Part shown: piece by piece, positions 28,006 to 38,854 of the stretch
How positions within the stretch are numbered: the first letter of the stretch is position 1
Layout: the number at the start of each line of letters is the position of its first letter
DNA from: a virus
Taxonomy: Duplodnaviria; Caudoviricetes
Virus record (IMG/VR): IMGVR_UViG_3300039156_000048
Span: 37,756-101,755 of that record
DNA length: 64,000 bases
Reading direction: 5' to 3' (one strand)
Program-made: the position numbers and the translations under genes
Notes under the pieces: generated by a model
Told to the model about the DNA's origin: nothing
Seen by the model: the letters and a program-made list of their open reading frames with translations, nothing else
Databases searched by the model: none

Positions 28006-31000
28006 TTATGATACCTTTTGGAATACTTCAACCCACAGCTCAACTTCGTCTTTCTTTTTGACAGCTTTCCCGTTGATGTAGGCGAAGGCAGGTTTCTTCT
28101 CCCAATGCAGGAGAGAGATGGTGTCACCGGCCTCAATCGGCTGGCTGTTGTAACTGGCTTTCCGCATCTTCATCCTGCCGGTGTTCCCGTTGCTGACGTT
28201 ATACAGGTACAGCTTGGGGGAATACTGCGTGTCAATGGCAATAACAGTGTAGTAGTTCTGCTTTTCAGGATAAGTGGACACGGGGGAGCCGAGGTACTCG
28301 GTTTCAAACTTCATCTTTTCCGCAGGCGTCATGGCTTCGCCATCCGTCATTTCCTCGATGGCTCTGAGGATTTCCATCCGTTCATCCTGGGTTTTTGGTT
28401 TCAGGGTCTTTGTGATGCGGTATTTGCCGGTGCTGAATTCCTCAAACAGGGTCAGCAGCTTGCCTTCGTTCCCGTATCTCCGGAAGTACCCCATCTTGAT
28501 GAGGATTTCAGTCTGGCGCTTGTCAACCACGCTGTTGATGGTGAGTTCCCTCAGCACATCAACAAATGACAGCCAGGTTGTCTGGCCTAACTGGTATAAG
28601 TCCTCAGCAGCAAGCCTTGACATATACTTCACGCTCGGCAAAGCGTCGGAGATTGTGCCCTCGTCCTTGTCAATGAAGAAGTCGCGGTTGTCCTGACCGA
28701 ACCTTGGGGGAGCAACCTTGATGCCAAAAGCTTGACGCATCTCATTCTTAATACGGCCCAAACGTTCCTTGTCCTGTTTTTGGCCGTAGATGCGGAGTGC
28801 CGTTGTGTAGAATTCATAGGGGTGATGTGCTTTCAAATAAGCTGAGTAGAGGGAATCCAAGGCCACACAGTAAGAATGCCCTAAATTGAAAGAATACGCT
28901 GCAGAATCCTCGACAATCTTCCAGACCTTTTCCGCAGCATCCTGGGCCTCTTCCTCTGTCGTTTTTCCATCTGCCATAACATAAGGGATGAACCCCGCCA
29001 TAAATTGCTGCATGTAAGAGTGGATGACGTCAGTCTTCTTTTTGCTGATGGCCTTGATGACCTTGTAGGCATCTGGGCCAGAGATTCCCGCTTTCATCAG
29101 GATAGTGAACACTTGTTCCTGGTACAGGAGCAAGGATGATGCCATTTCCGGTGTTTGTAACAGTGCATCAAGCGCAGGAATCCCGAAGGAGAATCGTTGT
29201 CTTGTCAGAAAAATCTCAAGCATCGACTGGAACGCGGGTCTGATTGCCGCAATGAACGCAGACAGCTCGACGATATTCCTCGGCTTGTATTGCATGATAC
29301 GCTTTGTGCTTTTTTCTCTTTCACACTGGTTCAGCCCTACGGTATAACCTTTTGCGTACATGTCCCATGTCTTGATGTCTTTTTTTGTCAGTTCTATGAT
29401 TTCGTCGGCGTTTGGTTGTTTTACCCCTGCAAGAGCAAAGGCTTCGTCGTTTAAACGAACAACATCCACACGCAGATAATCCCCTTTTACATAACCGCAT
29501 TGATCGGCTGTATTCCCATCGACCATGGCCGCATAAATAGGGGTGTCAGCATCTTTGCTTTTCAGCCTGACAACCCCGATTTCACGGCGAATGTCCCGGT
29601 CAAGCAGTAGGTGAGCGCAAGGGTGGGGGGAGATAGAGTTTACAACCCCCCAGTATTCTTTACTGGCTTCCACCATCTCAGAATATTCCGCAGAGACGTA
29701 ATCAGACATTTGGATTTCATCTTCTTCGTCTTCTTCTGCATATTTTACGGCGGTTTCGTATTTTTTGATCATGTCAGAAACGGCATTGCTGACTTTAAAG
29801 GGAATGTTTTCTGCCCGGGCGTACATTTTCCATGCGGAAAGAGCTCCCAGTTTTCCGTATGCGACCATTGGAACACAACCCCATTCGCCAAGGATGTCTT
29901 TGCTGGCGGATTGAAATGCTTCAAGGTTTGAAATGTTTGCGTCAATGTCCGGGAGAGACCCGCTGATCAGCCTATCTTTGGAAATAAATCTGTCAGGGTA
30001 CATCTTTAGAGGAACTCTGAGGCGGTTGACAGAAGTCAGCCCGAGCAACCTGTTGGTCACGAAGGATGCGGCACTTCCTCTGCCAGTCATGGTGAGGACG
30101 CCCCCACGCTTCTGGGCTTCTTCTACAATCTTCTTCAATGAAAGGAAGTAATCGGATGTGTTGGTTTCAGTCACCGTGGACATTTCATATTCAATTTCCA
30201 CCATGTCTGCCTGACGCTGTTCATCTGACACATCCCCGTACCACTTTTCATAACCTTCCAAGACCCACTGGCGATACAGTTCGTTACGTTCTTCTTGCGT
30301 CTTATCGGGAAACACATTCGGGAGTTTACGGCTTCTGTCAAGCGGGACATCATCGAACGTTAGGAAGATGTTGGTGTTCTCAATCGCCTCGTTGATTTGT
30401 GCGTCTGAAAGGATACCCTGTTTCTTAAAACGGGCAATGCAGGTTTCCGTATCCGGCATATCGTAATGCCAGCCATCTTCATTTTCGTAGTGGATGTGGT
30501 TTGCTTCCAACCTGAGCTGGCGCAAAGCTTCCTGTTCCGGATAGATCACATGGCTATCTGTTCCCATGATGATGGGAATGTTGTATTTTCGGTACAGGGA
30601 CAGGATGAACTTGTTGGCTTCCTTTTGCTTGTCCGTGTCGTGGTACTGTACTTCCAGCATAAAACTGTCCCGGAAGTGGTGATGGAAACGTTTGACCAAT
30701 TCTTCGGCATCTTCGTCTCCATAGCGCCAAATGCCACCAACACAAGCCGTGGTAACGAACACATCCTTGGGGTCCAAGGAAAACACCAGGTCGATGTCGA
30801 CACGCGGCCTGTAATGGAATCCTGTGATGTTTGCTTCCGAAGTAACTTCATTGATGTCACCAATCCCTTTGGCTGTCTTGGCGGCAAGGATAAGGTGAGC
30901 GTTTGTCTTGTCTTCTTTATTGAATCGGTCTTTAACGAAGTAAGCCTCCACAACGTATCTGAAGTGTAACCCATTGTCTTCAGCAACCATCTGCGTTTCC

Positions 31001-31161
31001 AGCCAATTATAGGCATTTCCGTGGTTGCATGAGCTGAGGATGGTTTGTCCGAGTTCTTTACACCGCGCGGCAAACTCCTGAATTGTGGAAGTGGAATCGG
31101 CAAGCAAAGCGTTTGAATAGGTGTTATGGATGTGGTATGCGCTGTAGGTTACTGGAAACAC
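28006..31161 (-). CDS. dnaE: DNA polymerase III alpha subunit (DnaE-like)
   Basis: PHP domain (H.H..YS, DSH), GRGSA, LPDID, KGDYL, YQEQ, YSFN..HS. Confidence 0.92.
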   Translation of the reverse strand: MFPVTYSAYHIHNTYSNALLADSTSTIQEFAARCKELGQTILSSCNHGNAYNWLETQMVAEDNGLHFRYVVEAYFVKDRFNKEDKTNAHLILAAKTAKGIGDINEVTSEANITGFHYRPRVDIDLVFSLDPKDVFVTTACVGGIWRYGDEDAEELVKRFHHHFRDSFMLEVQYHDTDKQKEANKFILSLYRKYNIPIIMGTDSHVIYPEQEALRQLRLEANHIHYENEDGWHYDMPDTETCIARFKKQGILSDAQINEAIENTNIFLTFDDVPLDRSRKLPNVFPDKTQEERNELYRQWVLEGYEKWYGDVSDEQRQADMVEIEYEMSTVTETNTSDYFLSLKKIVEEAQKRGGVLTMTGRGSAASFVTNRLLGLTSVNRLRVPLKMYPDRFISKDRLISGSLPDIDANISNLEAFQSASKDILGEWGCVPMVAYGKLGALSAWKMYARAENIPFKVSNAVSDMIKKYETAVKYAEEDEEDEIQMSDYVSAEYSEMVEASKEYWGVVNSISPHPCAHLLLDRDIRREIGVVRLKSKDADTPIYAAMVDGNTADQCGYVKGDYLRVDVVRLNDEAFALAGVKQPNADEIIELTKKDIKTWDMYAKGYTVGLNQCEREKSTKRIMQYKPRNIVELSAFIAAIRPAFQSMLEIFLTRQRFSFGIPALDALLQTPEMASSLLLYQEQVFTILMKAGISGPDAYKVIKAISKKKTDVIHSYMQQFMAGFIPYVMADGKTTEEEAQDAAEKVWKIVEDSAAYSFNLGHSYCVALDSLYSAYLKAHHPYEFYTTALRIYGQKQDKERLGRIKNEMRQAFGIKVAPPRFGQDNRDFFIDKDEGTISDALPSVKYMSRLAAEDLYQLGQTTWLSFVDVLRELTINSVVDKRQTEILIKMGYFRRYGNEGKLLTLFEEFSTGKYRITKTLKPKTQDERMEILRAIEEMTDGEAMTPAEKMKFETEYLGSPVSTYPEKQNYYTVIAIDTQYSPKLYLYNVSNGNTGRMKMRKASYNSQPIEAGDTISLLHWEKKPAFAYINGKAVKKKDEVELWVEVFQKVS

Positions 31162-31402
31162 CTCCTCTTAGGGGTAACTCCTCGTGGCATAGCTATTTGC
31201 AACAATTTCTTCCATTACACTTAGGAAGTCTTCAATATCATAGTTCTGCTCCTGATAGATTGCCATATCATGATGGAGATAGAATACCTCTATTATCCTC
31301 TCGCGCTCTCCGGTAATTTGTGACACATTGATTTCTCTAATGTTGTCAAGGTTAATAAAGGAATTTTTTATTCCATTTTTGCCACGCATTAAAACAATCA
31401 TG

Positions 31403-32038
31403 TCAGACCCTTTCAAAATAGGAGATGTCCCAATTAAATGAGGACCCGAATATCTTATAAACATCCTTTTTGTTGATATTTATGATGTTTGTAATTTTGA
31501 CCAGTTCTCCTTGTTTGTCTGTCATATCACCAGCCACACAAGTATAAGACCGTGTATCTACTGCCCTTAGATTATTAACGACTTTGACAACATCGCCAAC
31601 CTTCAATTCCCCTGGCTTAAATGGAGGTTTCTTCACCGGTTCAATGGGTGAAGGCTTCTTGTTCTTTCCCCACTTGGGGGCACCGGCAGCTTCCCTTATT
31701 GCATCATTGGACCCGAACAGCTTCTTGGTAACGGCAATGCAGAAGCCTGTATACTCATCAAATTCCGTATCTTCAGAGCAGATGGCGACCGTCTTGGTCC
31801 CGTCTCCCCAAAATACAATCGTCGCGGGGCTGCAATAAATCACCTTCTTTGGCTTCAGGACAGAAGGGACGGAAACTGTAGGCATATCAAACACTCCACC
31901 TTTCAAAAGTCTTTTTTCAATTGTCTTCATGAACTCATACCAGTCAGGGGTTATTGCCATCCCGGGAGAAACCCTGCTTTTGGGGTAGGTATATCGGTCA
32001 AAGCTGCGAGGATCTTCATTAAAGTATTTTATCGCCAT
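31403..32038 (-). CDS. Hypothetical two-domain protein with C-terminal KOW/SH3-like domain
   Basis: PATIVFW.DGTKTV motif; LKVGDVV domain related to the 63470 and 63756 ORFs. Confidence 0.55.
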   Translation of the reverse strand: MAIKYFNEDPRSFDRYTYPKSRVSPGMAITPDWYEFMKTIEKRLLKGGVFDMPTVSVPSVLKPKKVIYCSPATIVFWGDGTKTVAICSEDTEFDEYTGFCIAVTKKLFGSNDAIREAAGAPKWGKNKKPSPIEPVKKPPFKPGELKVGDVVKVVNNLRAVDTRSYTCVAGDMTDKQGELVKITNIININKKDVYKIFGSSFNWDISYFERV

Positions 32039-32359
32039 AAACTCCCCCTATTTCATCCTTTATATACATCGGCATTGCTGCCCACAGACACTCTGAATCT
32101 TCCCGGACACCCCACCAATCCATCGTATCCAGATAATTGGTTTCCGGACACCAGACCGCAATGCTCCCATCGGGCCCAGCGTCCCAGAGGGTGGGTAATC
32201 GTTTTGTTGGCTTCACCCACTGGCACCTGTCAAGGGCATCCAGAGTAATGGCGGCAACCGTCCTCATGGTATTGCCATCATGTTTTTTATATCCATCCAT
32301 TAAGTCCCAAAGGATATCCCGGATAATTTCGGAGACTTCCCGGTTCCCCATGTCGAGTC

Positions 32360-32911
32360 TCAAATGTACCTCCCGTAAACGTGGCCGGTAATCAGTCCGG
32401 CATCTGTCAATTTCTTCATCTGTTCTTCTACTTTCCTCCATATGTTCAGGGCAACTTCTGAATCCGGTGAGTCTCTGAGGACGCGCTGATAATCATAGTG
32501 TTGGCCGAAGTCCTCATCAATCACGCTGATGTGTAGGGCGTCATTAGTCGCGTCAATCTCAACACAAAAGGAGATGTCATATTTCTGGTCGAGCGTCTTA
32601 AAGCAAAACCACTTGTCTGCCTGTTTATGGAATCCCAAGCCGACCATCTCCTTATCAGGAAGAAGGTGGGCCTTGATGTTCCTGTTCATTCCCCTTTCAG
32701 TCAATGGAATATCATGATTAGAGAAATCAAATTCTTTCACGGCAAGTGCAACCTCTTTGAGTGCCCGCTTCGCTTCATCATCACTTACCTTGCTTTGGTC
32801 ATAAACGATGATTGGAAGGAAGTCTATCTTTTCTTCTGAGTCAAACAGACGGAGAATTTCTTTCTGTTTCGTTTTGGTCAGGTCTTTGAACTCAATTTTT
32901 ACTACGTCCAT
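32360..32911 (-). CDS. Hypothetical protein
   Basis: GGAG RBS before MDVVKIEF; DEDFGQHYDYQ motif. Confidence 0.5.
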   Translation of the reverse strand: MDVVKIEFKDLTKTKQKEILRLFDSEEKIDFLPIIVYDQSKVSDDEAKRALKEVALAVKEFDFSNHDIPLTERGMNRNIKAHLLPDKEMVGLGFHKQADKWFCFKTLDQKYDISFCVEIDATNDALHISVIDEDFGQHYDYQRVLRDSPDSEVALNIWRKVEEQMKKLTDAGLITGHVYGRYI

Positions 32912-33691
32912 TTTATTATCTCCAATACTTTCCGCACATAGGACAATAGTCCCAGTCAAGGCGAACGGCAGTTTCCCCACCGTCTTTATGTTGATAGGTC
33001 CCAACCATATCTTTCCAGTTCTTACAAAATATACAGGGTTCTTTAGGTTTTACCGGAGCGTCGAAAAGGGTATAGGGGTTAGGGCCTGTTGAGTAAGGGA
33101 CAATGGAAACCTTGGTATGGCAGTTTTCACATATCCAACCGTCCGTAACAGCCTTCATATAGGCTCCGCAAGCTGAACACATTCTCATTCTGATTACCAC
33201 CTATCCCAATTCTCTAATGATTCCTCTTCCTTTTTTCTTTTCTCTTTTAAAGCTATGATTCCAGCCTCTATGGCAAGGGCTTCCGGAAGTGCTTTGTTTC
33301 CATAACTCAACCAGGCTTTATAAAGGTCTTCTAAAATTGAAACGTATATACTTATCTCGTCTTTGTGTCTCTTTTTTCTGCATTCAGGGCATGGTTTACT
33401 TTTTGACAGTATGTTGGCCATAATGCAACCTGTGATTCCAATAAGACAGAGCACGGCGACCCAGGCAATTATAGCCCCCATTGCTTGCCATACTTCAATC
33501 GGCATCAATACCCTCCTCTCTTATGTAAAACAAACAGAGCGGTTTGCAGATTGAACATGACGCTCTCAATGGCATCATGCACTTCTTTGGCATCAAAAGG
33601 CTTCATACCCCCTCCGTTTATCATAATGAGAAGATTGTGCCTGAATTCGTCCAGCACAAGGAGATGTTTTCTCAGCTCCTTTTCTTTGTTT

Positions 33692-34636
33692 TTATTTTTT
33701 AACATGGCTGCCTCCCATAGCACGGTTCCATGCGGCTTTTGCGTCTTCTTTTAAGGCATCAGTCCCGCGTAATTCAGCCGGCGCGGTAAATGTAATGTGT
33801 ATCTTGCATTTTTTGCACACGACATGAACAATATTAGTCCACGAGTTTTCGTCATAAGTTTTTACAATTTCTGCCTTTCCCCCGCACCCGCACCGCACAA
33901 GGCCGTTTTCGTCCTTCGCCATCCACTTGTACCCCAACACATTAAGAGCCTTCAACACCTCAAACTGCTCCCCCGTCAGCCTTGGCTTGCGGATGATGCG
34001 GTCAGGATGATTGATGATTTCTGTCAGCCTGTCAATGCTCATCACATCCGCCCAACCGACACCGAATTTGTCGTACAGCAGATACCCTTGATCGGATACC
34101 ATGTACTTATATTTTTCTGAATCAAAGCAGAACTCTTCCCCCGGCTCCACGCCCAGTATTTCGTGCATCCTCATTTGCTTTCCTCCAGTTTCCTCCCGCA
34201 CATCCGGCACGATTGCACCCGGTCGGGACGGGGCAGTGTAGCCCATGGCGGTGTTCCATGTTTCTACGGCATATTCCGGGCTTGTCATATCTGACGTTTC
34301 CATTCCGCACGTCTTTTCACAAAACACCGCCCACCTGTCTCCGCCGCTTCCAGGCCCTTCAATATCTGGTAGGTGGAATAGGATTGCCTTTCCCCCGCAC
34401 CCGCACCGCGCAAGGCCGTTTTCGTCCAGTTTTTCACGTGCTGCCTTTTCTTCAATGGCTTCCTGAAACCATTCATAGGATTCATCCAAGCTGAGCACTC
34501 TGTCCCCAATATAGACTTTGAATGGCTCAAGTTTTACAGAACAGGTGTCCGCCGGAATTGTATAATCGCCCCCCATCGATAGGTCTGCGAACCACTCGAC
34601 TGATTCTATTTGCTCAAATTCCCTCAATTTCTTCAT
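33692..34636 (-). CDS. Mosaic protein with two Lar-like zinc-finger domains
   Basis: Two DENGL.RCGCGGKA...C..C...WN.AMG units; internal RBS and ATG. Confidence 0.6.
   Translation of the reverse strand: MKKLREFEQIESVEWFADLSMGGDYTIPADTCSVKLEPFKVYIGDRVLSLDESYEWFQEAIEEKAAREKLDENGLARCGCGGKAILFHLPDIEGPGSGGDRWAVFCEKTCGMETSDMTSPEYAVETWNTAMGYTAPSRPGAIVPDVREETGGKQMRMHEILGVEPGEEFCFDSEKYKYMVSDQGYLLYDKFGVGWADVMSIDRLTEIINHPDRIIRKPRLTGEQFEVLKALNVLGYKWMAKDENGLVRCGCGGKAEIVKTYDENSWTNIVHVVCKKCKIHITFTAPAELRGTDALKEDAKAAWNRAMGGSHVKK
33872..34427. repeat. 43-bp direct repeat (33872-33914 and 34385-34427), 1 mismatch
   Basis: TGCCTTTCCCCCGCACCCGCACCGC(A/G)CAAGGCCGTTTTCGTCC. Confidence 0.85.
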
Positions 34637-34823
34637 ATTCTCCTACGTCTTCGTATTCACATCCCGGGACGAATGACCGTTTCAGGTAGTCATGGCCTCC
34701 ATCCACAGAGATTCTCCCGCAGGAACAGGTCACAAAATCATGACGGTGCTTGCTCTCAATGGTGTCCCCGCAGGTCAAACACCTGACAGCGTTCTTAATT
34801 ATTTTCATCTTGAATTCCTTCAT
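34614..34823 (-). CDS. Conserved small zinc-binding phage protein
   Basis: N..RC..CGD.IES.HRHDFV.C.CG..SVDGG.DYL.R. Confidence 0.7.
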   Translation of the reverse strand: MKEFKMKIIKNAVRCLTCGDTIESKHRHDFVTCSCGRISVDGGHDYLKRSFVPGCEYEDVGEYEEIEGI

Positions 34824-34867
34824 TTTATGGACCCCTCAAACCCGTTGAAAACACTCACTTTCGCTCC

Positions 34868-34890
34868 TGTCATTTCTTATATAATGTTAG
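34868..34890. promoter_or_regulatory. Palindromic site copy 4 (reverse orientation, 2 mismatches)
   Basis: TGTCATTT-cttata-TAATGTTAG, intergenic. Confidence 0.55.
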
Positions 34891-35094
34891 GTAATTTTTA
34901 ATTAGGTTCCATTCGGAAAGTCAATTGCCCTTCCCGTTCCGTTGATGATTGTGATATCCCCCGATGAGGAACTCGTATACCTGTCTCTTGTTTCCGCAAA
35001 AGCGAATAGCAGTTGCTTGGGGAAGAGGACATAACCCTGTTCTTCCGCAAGCCTGCAAATCTCGCTCCACGGGATATCAATCTCCATCTTGCAT

Positions 35095-35832
35095 TTACCG
35101 GCCAAAGTCCCACCCCGCAATCGCTTCTTCGTCGTCCATGTTCTTGGTTATCTCCTGCAACAGGTGAGGGCAGATGCTTCGCATTCCGCAGATGTTGTTG
35201 CAGAAGTACTTGTCAATTTTCCCTGGGAATTCTGTGGTCATGATGATTTCTTCAATCAGCTCATGTGCCCACTTGATGGTGTCCTCATATTCAGACAGAA
35301 GGAACGGCACTTCCAGCATCTCGCCGGTGGCAATCATATTGAAGGCCATTGAATCCGGATATGTACCATACTTTGTAAAGTACAGCAAGGCATAGAGGTA
35401 GAGCTGCTTCTTATACAGTTGAAACTCCTTCTTCATAGAGGAAGGACTCTTGGTCTTATGGTCAACAATCACAACTTTGCCATTCTCAGTGGCCTTCAGA
35501 ACAAGGTCGATGATTCCCCTGAAGTTGTGGGGTCCGATTTTGGCAGTCAGGTTCTGCTCGGTTGAGATGGTCTCAAAGCCCTGGAACCCGTTGAAATTCT
35601 GAAAGTAGTCCAGACCGCGTTTGTAGTTAATTTCCCTCATGTTCACGGGGTAAGGGGGATAGGGGTTGACCACAGCGTCGTCAAACCCCATCTGGTACAA
35701 GCCGACACACTCTTCCGCCGTAACAATCTTCTTGCTGAACATTTCGAGGATGCTGTGAGCAAAAGTCCCATAGTCAGCAAAGCCGTTGCCTTCACCTTGA
35801 ATCTTGTCGAAGTAGTTCAGTTTGAATGACAA
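35095..35832 (-). CDS. PD-(D/E)XK exonuclease (RecB/Cas4-like); true start probably upstream
   Basis: GTFAH..LE, GIIDL...IVDHKT, QLYLY, C-terminal C...C....C; frame continues upstream with WSFS.LS.FEQCP. Confidence 0.85.
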   Translation of the reverse strand: MSFKLNYFDKIQGEGNGFADYGTFAHSILEMFSKKIVTAEECVGLYQMGFDDAVVNPYPPYPVNMREINYKRGLDYFQNFNGFQGFETISTEQNLTAKIGPHNFRGIIDLVLKATENGKVVIVDHKTKSPSSMKKEFQLYKKQLYLYALLYFTKYGTYPDSMAFNMIATGEMLEVPFLLSEYEDTIKWAHELIEEIIMTTEFPGKIDKYFCNNICGMRSICPHLLQEITKNMDDEEAIAGWDFGR

Positions 35833-35897
35833 CGGACATTGCTCAAAACTTGACAGAGCCGAGAAACTCCATACATGGTCTTGTTTAATCTTATTTT

Positions 35898-36536
35898 TTA
35901 CGCTGATGTTTTTATTCTTCCTTCCCTTAACTTCTTAAACACCCAGAAGTAGCTGTGGAATTTACGTGAGTGTTTTTGGTTGCGCTGCCAATCTGCAATT
36001 AGTCTGTTTTTTGCTAAAAGCACAAACAAATCCAATGACATAAACCCCGTATTGATCGCCCAATTATAGATGTCACAGTGCATCATGTATTGTTTTCCGC
36101 TTGACACCTTGTCTTGGCACTTCATGACTAAAATTCCGTCCGGAAGTAAGACTCGATGAGCCTCAATTATCGTGTCGGAGTATAGTTTTTGAAGTTCTTT
36201 TTCAGAAGAATAAGTGCCAAAGCGTTTGTTAATGATGTTGCCACCTGTTAAATCCAGAGATGGCCCCGTGGTTGCGAGAAATGGAAGGTCAATAATTATG
36301 CTCTGGAGAGAAGTATCTTCTATTGGTAAATTACGGCAATCGGCTTTCTGAATTCCGCCTACTTGAGGGTAAAGGTCATAACAAAGTCGCGGCTTCTCAA
36401 TTGTTCCATCTTTATAGAAGACACCTTTTGAGAATGTCGGGTCACAGTCAAATGTATTTGTAGAGAGATATAATTTAATGATATTGGATAGGATTTCTTC
36501 TTGGGAATAAGATATTGATTTAATTATTTCTGACAT
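35898..36536 (-). CDS. DNA methyltransferase-like protein
   Basis: DPTFSKG.FY, D(L)PF, RVL.PDG.L..KCQD, H.R..HSY; start moved to the ATG after GGAG. Confidence 0.65.
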   Translation of the reverse strand: MSEIIKSISYSQEEILSNIIKLYLSTNTFDCDPTFSKGVFYKDGTIEKPRLCYDLYPQVGGIQKADCRNLPIEDTSLQSIIIDLPFLATTGPSLDLTGGNIINKRFGTYSSEKELQKLYSDTIIEAHRVLLPDGILVMKCQDKVSSGKQYMMHCDIYNWAINTGFMSLDLFVLLAKNRLIADWQRNQKHSRKFHSYFWVFKKLREGRIKTSA

Positions 36537-36546
36537 TTTCTCCTTA

Positions 36547-38388
36547 TTATATAGGTTGTCCAGCCTGGTTTGCGTTTGACAACTGGATATTATATTCTTC
36601 AAAGCTGTCTGCTCTTGGGTTTGCTTGTGCGATTCCTTCTTTATCCCACTCATATTCCGTCATGTCGCCCATATCTGCCTGGTAAATTCGCCTGCTGTCC
36701 GGGGCGTAAGCGCACCGAATCAAGCGCTGAACGCCATCTTCCCTGTTCTTGATGATGCGAAGGTCTGGACGCTCAACTGATATGGCGGTATCACACAGGT
36801 TCACGATGGCTGAATTTCCAGATACATCATCTTTCCCAATGCTGTCACCCGCTTTTGTCTTTCGGGGGTGAGCAACAAGGATCACGGATGACTTGAACCT
36901 TTTGGCAAATTTCTTTAACGAACTGACGAACACCCCCTGCGCTTTCATTTCGTCCTCAGAGTCTGCAATGGAAGTCATCAGGTTGTCGACAAGAAACACG
37001 GATGCTCCATGCCGCCTTGCCGCAACAGAGAAGGTCTTTAAGATGGCGGTTTGTTCATCACTCTCAAAAACCTCGGTGTTGTCAAACAGGAAAAACTTTC
37101 CACGGTACCAGTCCCGGATGCGTTCCTGTATCTGTGGCTGGATGAATGGCACAGCCTTCCCCCTGATGGGGTCAGTCTTGACCGTGATGTAGTCTGAACC
37201 GGCGCATTGCAGGTTGATCCATGCCTGAAATTTTTCCTTTGACAATTCCCCTGAATACGCACAGACTTTCTTTCCCTGTTGGATTGCGTTCAGGAGAATT
37301 GATCCGGACAAAGTGGATTTTCCTTCACCGCTGCGGCCAGTAAGGAGAACCACGTCTCCTTCATGCAGTCCGCCGACAACCTCATCGAGGTCTTTGATTC
37401 CAATCCTGATGCGCGGCTCGGTGGTTGGGTCGATCGGCTCGACTTCACTCAAGTCAATGAGTCCCTTGATGGGGACAGGTTCCGCTGTTTCCACCATCTC
37501 CCTGAGTTTTTCCGCTCCGAAGAAGTAGAGGATTTCGTTTGCGTCTTTACAAGGTGTTCCGTCAGGTCTGTCAGGGTATTCCGTGATGAGATAGCATCGG
37601 TCTTCCCCGAAGCGCCGTGTCAGGTCAGTGACCATCCCCTTTCCGGGCTCGTCATTGTCCCCGAAGAGAACAATCTTGTTGAACTTTTCCAGGAAGTCCC
37701 AGCAAGGACTGATCCATTCCATGTTGTTGACGCCGGATGGTACACTTACGGCATTGGGAACCCCCGCTTCAATGAGGGACAAGGCATCAATCTGGCCCTC
37801 CGTGAGGCACAGGGGATAGGCAAAGGAACATTCATCCATCCCAAATAAAATAGGCTGTGTGTTTTTCTCAGCCCATTCTTTTCTTTCCCCATCTCTTGGT
37901 TTCCATGGATGCCTGTACTTGACGAAGACCAGTTTCTCTTTATTGTAGAACGGGAAAATGATGTCTCCATCGGTGGATGCCGTGACCCTGTATCGGTCAA
38001 GGGTCAGGCGGCTGATTTTCCGCACTGAGAAATACTCAATGATTTTATCGGTCAAGGGTAACTGTTCTATTTGTGGCAGCACATATTCCTTTTCTCTTTT
38101 CTCGAATGTAATCCCCCCTTTGTTTTTTACTCGTTCCCCGAAGTGTGAAGCGATGGCCTTGAAACCACCCTTCGCCCCGCAGCTCCCGCGTTTGCAGTTG
38201 AAGCTGCCGTCAAACATATTCATTGCGAAGGTGTTCCTGTCATGATTCCTGCCACCCTCGCAGAATGGGCACAGTATCGGGATGATTTCATCACCGTTGA
38301 AACCGAACGGGTTCAGGTGCTTTTCAGCAAAGGCGATAATCTCTTCGTTTCCCGGTACTGTCTGTTCCTGTTTTCCTTTATTCCACAT
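36547..38388 (-). CDS. Bifunctional primase-helicase (T7 gp4/Twinkle-like)
   Basis: Zn finger CPFC..C...C; TOPRIM EGQIDALS and DND..G; Walker A GRSGEGKST; VDNL; VAHPRK. Confidence 0.92.
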   Translation of the reverse strand: MWNKGKQEQTVPGNEEIIAFAEKHLNPFGFNGDEIIPILCPFCEGGRNHDRNTFAMNMFDGSFNCKRGSCGAKGGFKAIASHFGERVKNKGGITFEKREKEYVLPQIEQLPLTDKIIEYFSVRKISRLTLDRYRVTASTDGDIIFPFYNKEKLVFVKYRHPWKPRDGERKEWAEKNTQPILFGMDECSFAYPLCLTEGQIDALSLIEAGVPNAVSVPSGVNNMEWISPCWDFLEKFNKIVLFGDNDEPGKGMVTDLTRRFGEDRCYLITEYPDRPDGTPCKDANEILYFFGAEKLREMVETAEPVPIKGLIDLSEVEPIDPTTEPRIRIGIKDLDEVVGGLHEGDVVLLTGRSGEGKSTLSGSILLNAIQQGKKVCAYSGELSKEKFQAWINLQCAGSDYITVKTDPIRGKAVPFIQPQIQERIRDWYRGKFFLFDNTEVFESDEQTAILKTFSVAARRHGASVFLVDNLMTSIADSEDEMKAQGVFVSSLKKFAKRFKSSVILVAHPRKTKAGDSIGKDDVSGNSAIVNLCDTAISVERPDLRIIKNREDGVQRLIRCAYAPDSRRIYQADMGDMTEYEWDKEGIAQANPRADSFEEYNIQLSNANQAGQPI

Positions 38389-38854
38389 CCTTTTTCCTTT
38401 TATAGCGTTCCATTAAATCATCCCACTCGGTCACCGCATTGTGGACAAAGTAGGCAACATCACCTGTGCGCTTGCACTTTTCACATTTAATGAAGTACAT
38501 ATCCGTGTCATCAGAGTAATAGACGGTCGGCACCGCCCCGCAAACACAGTTTTCCGGATTCTTTGTGGCGGCTTCCCTGGCTTCCTGATGCACCTGATTC
38601 AGAAGAATGATTTTGAGAAGTCCTTTGGCCGCAAAATGCAGGAGAATAAAAGCCACAACGGCGCTGACTGCCGGTCTTGGATTTTTTGTGATGAGAAAGT
38701 GGAAGCCGCCAAGAGCGGCGGCTATCCACGGTGAACCAGGGTTTGCCAACTCGGCCAGTACAAGCTGGAACATTGACAGGTCCTCTTCTTCAGTCTCAGG
38801 CGACGTATCTTGAAGACCTTCCTGTTCCTTCTCTTTTTCCATTTCTGTTTTCAT
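38378..38854 (-). CDS. Membrane protein with C-terminal Lar-like zinc finger
   Basis: Two hydrophobic segments then CVCG..P...C..C...W. Confidence 0.5.
   Translation of the reverse strand: MKTEMEKEKEQEGLQDTSPETEEEDLSMFQLVLAELANPGSPWIAAALGGFHFLITKNPRPAVSAVVAFILLHFAAKGLLKIILLNQVHQEAREAATKNPENCVCGAVPTVYYSDDTDMYFIKCEKCKRTGDVAYFVHNAVTEWDDLMERYKRKKDVE

Noticed and set aside
21285-31161. Introns or inteins in nrdJ and dnaE
   Set aside because: Both ORFs are continuous, of normal length and show no intein motifs
35095-35832. Cas4/CRISPR system
   Set aside because: No repeat-spacer array or other cas genes; the context is a phage replication module
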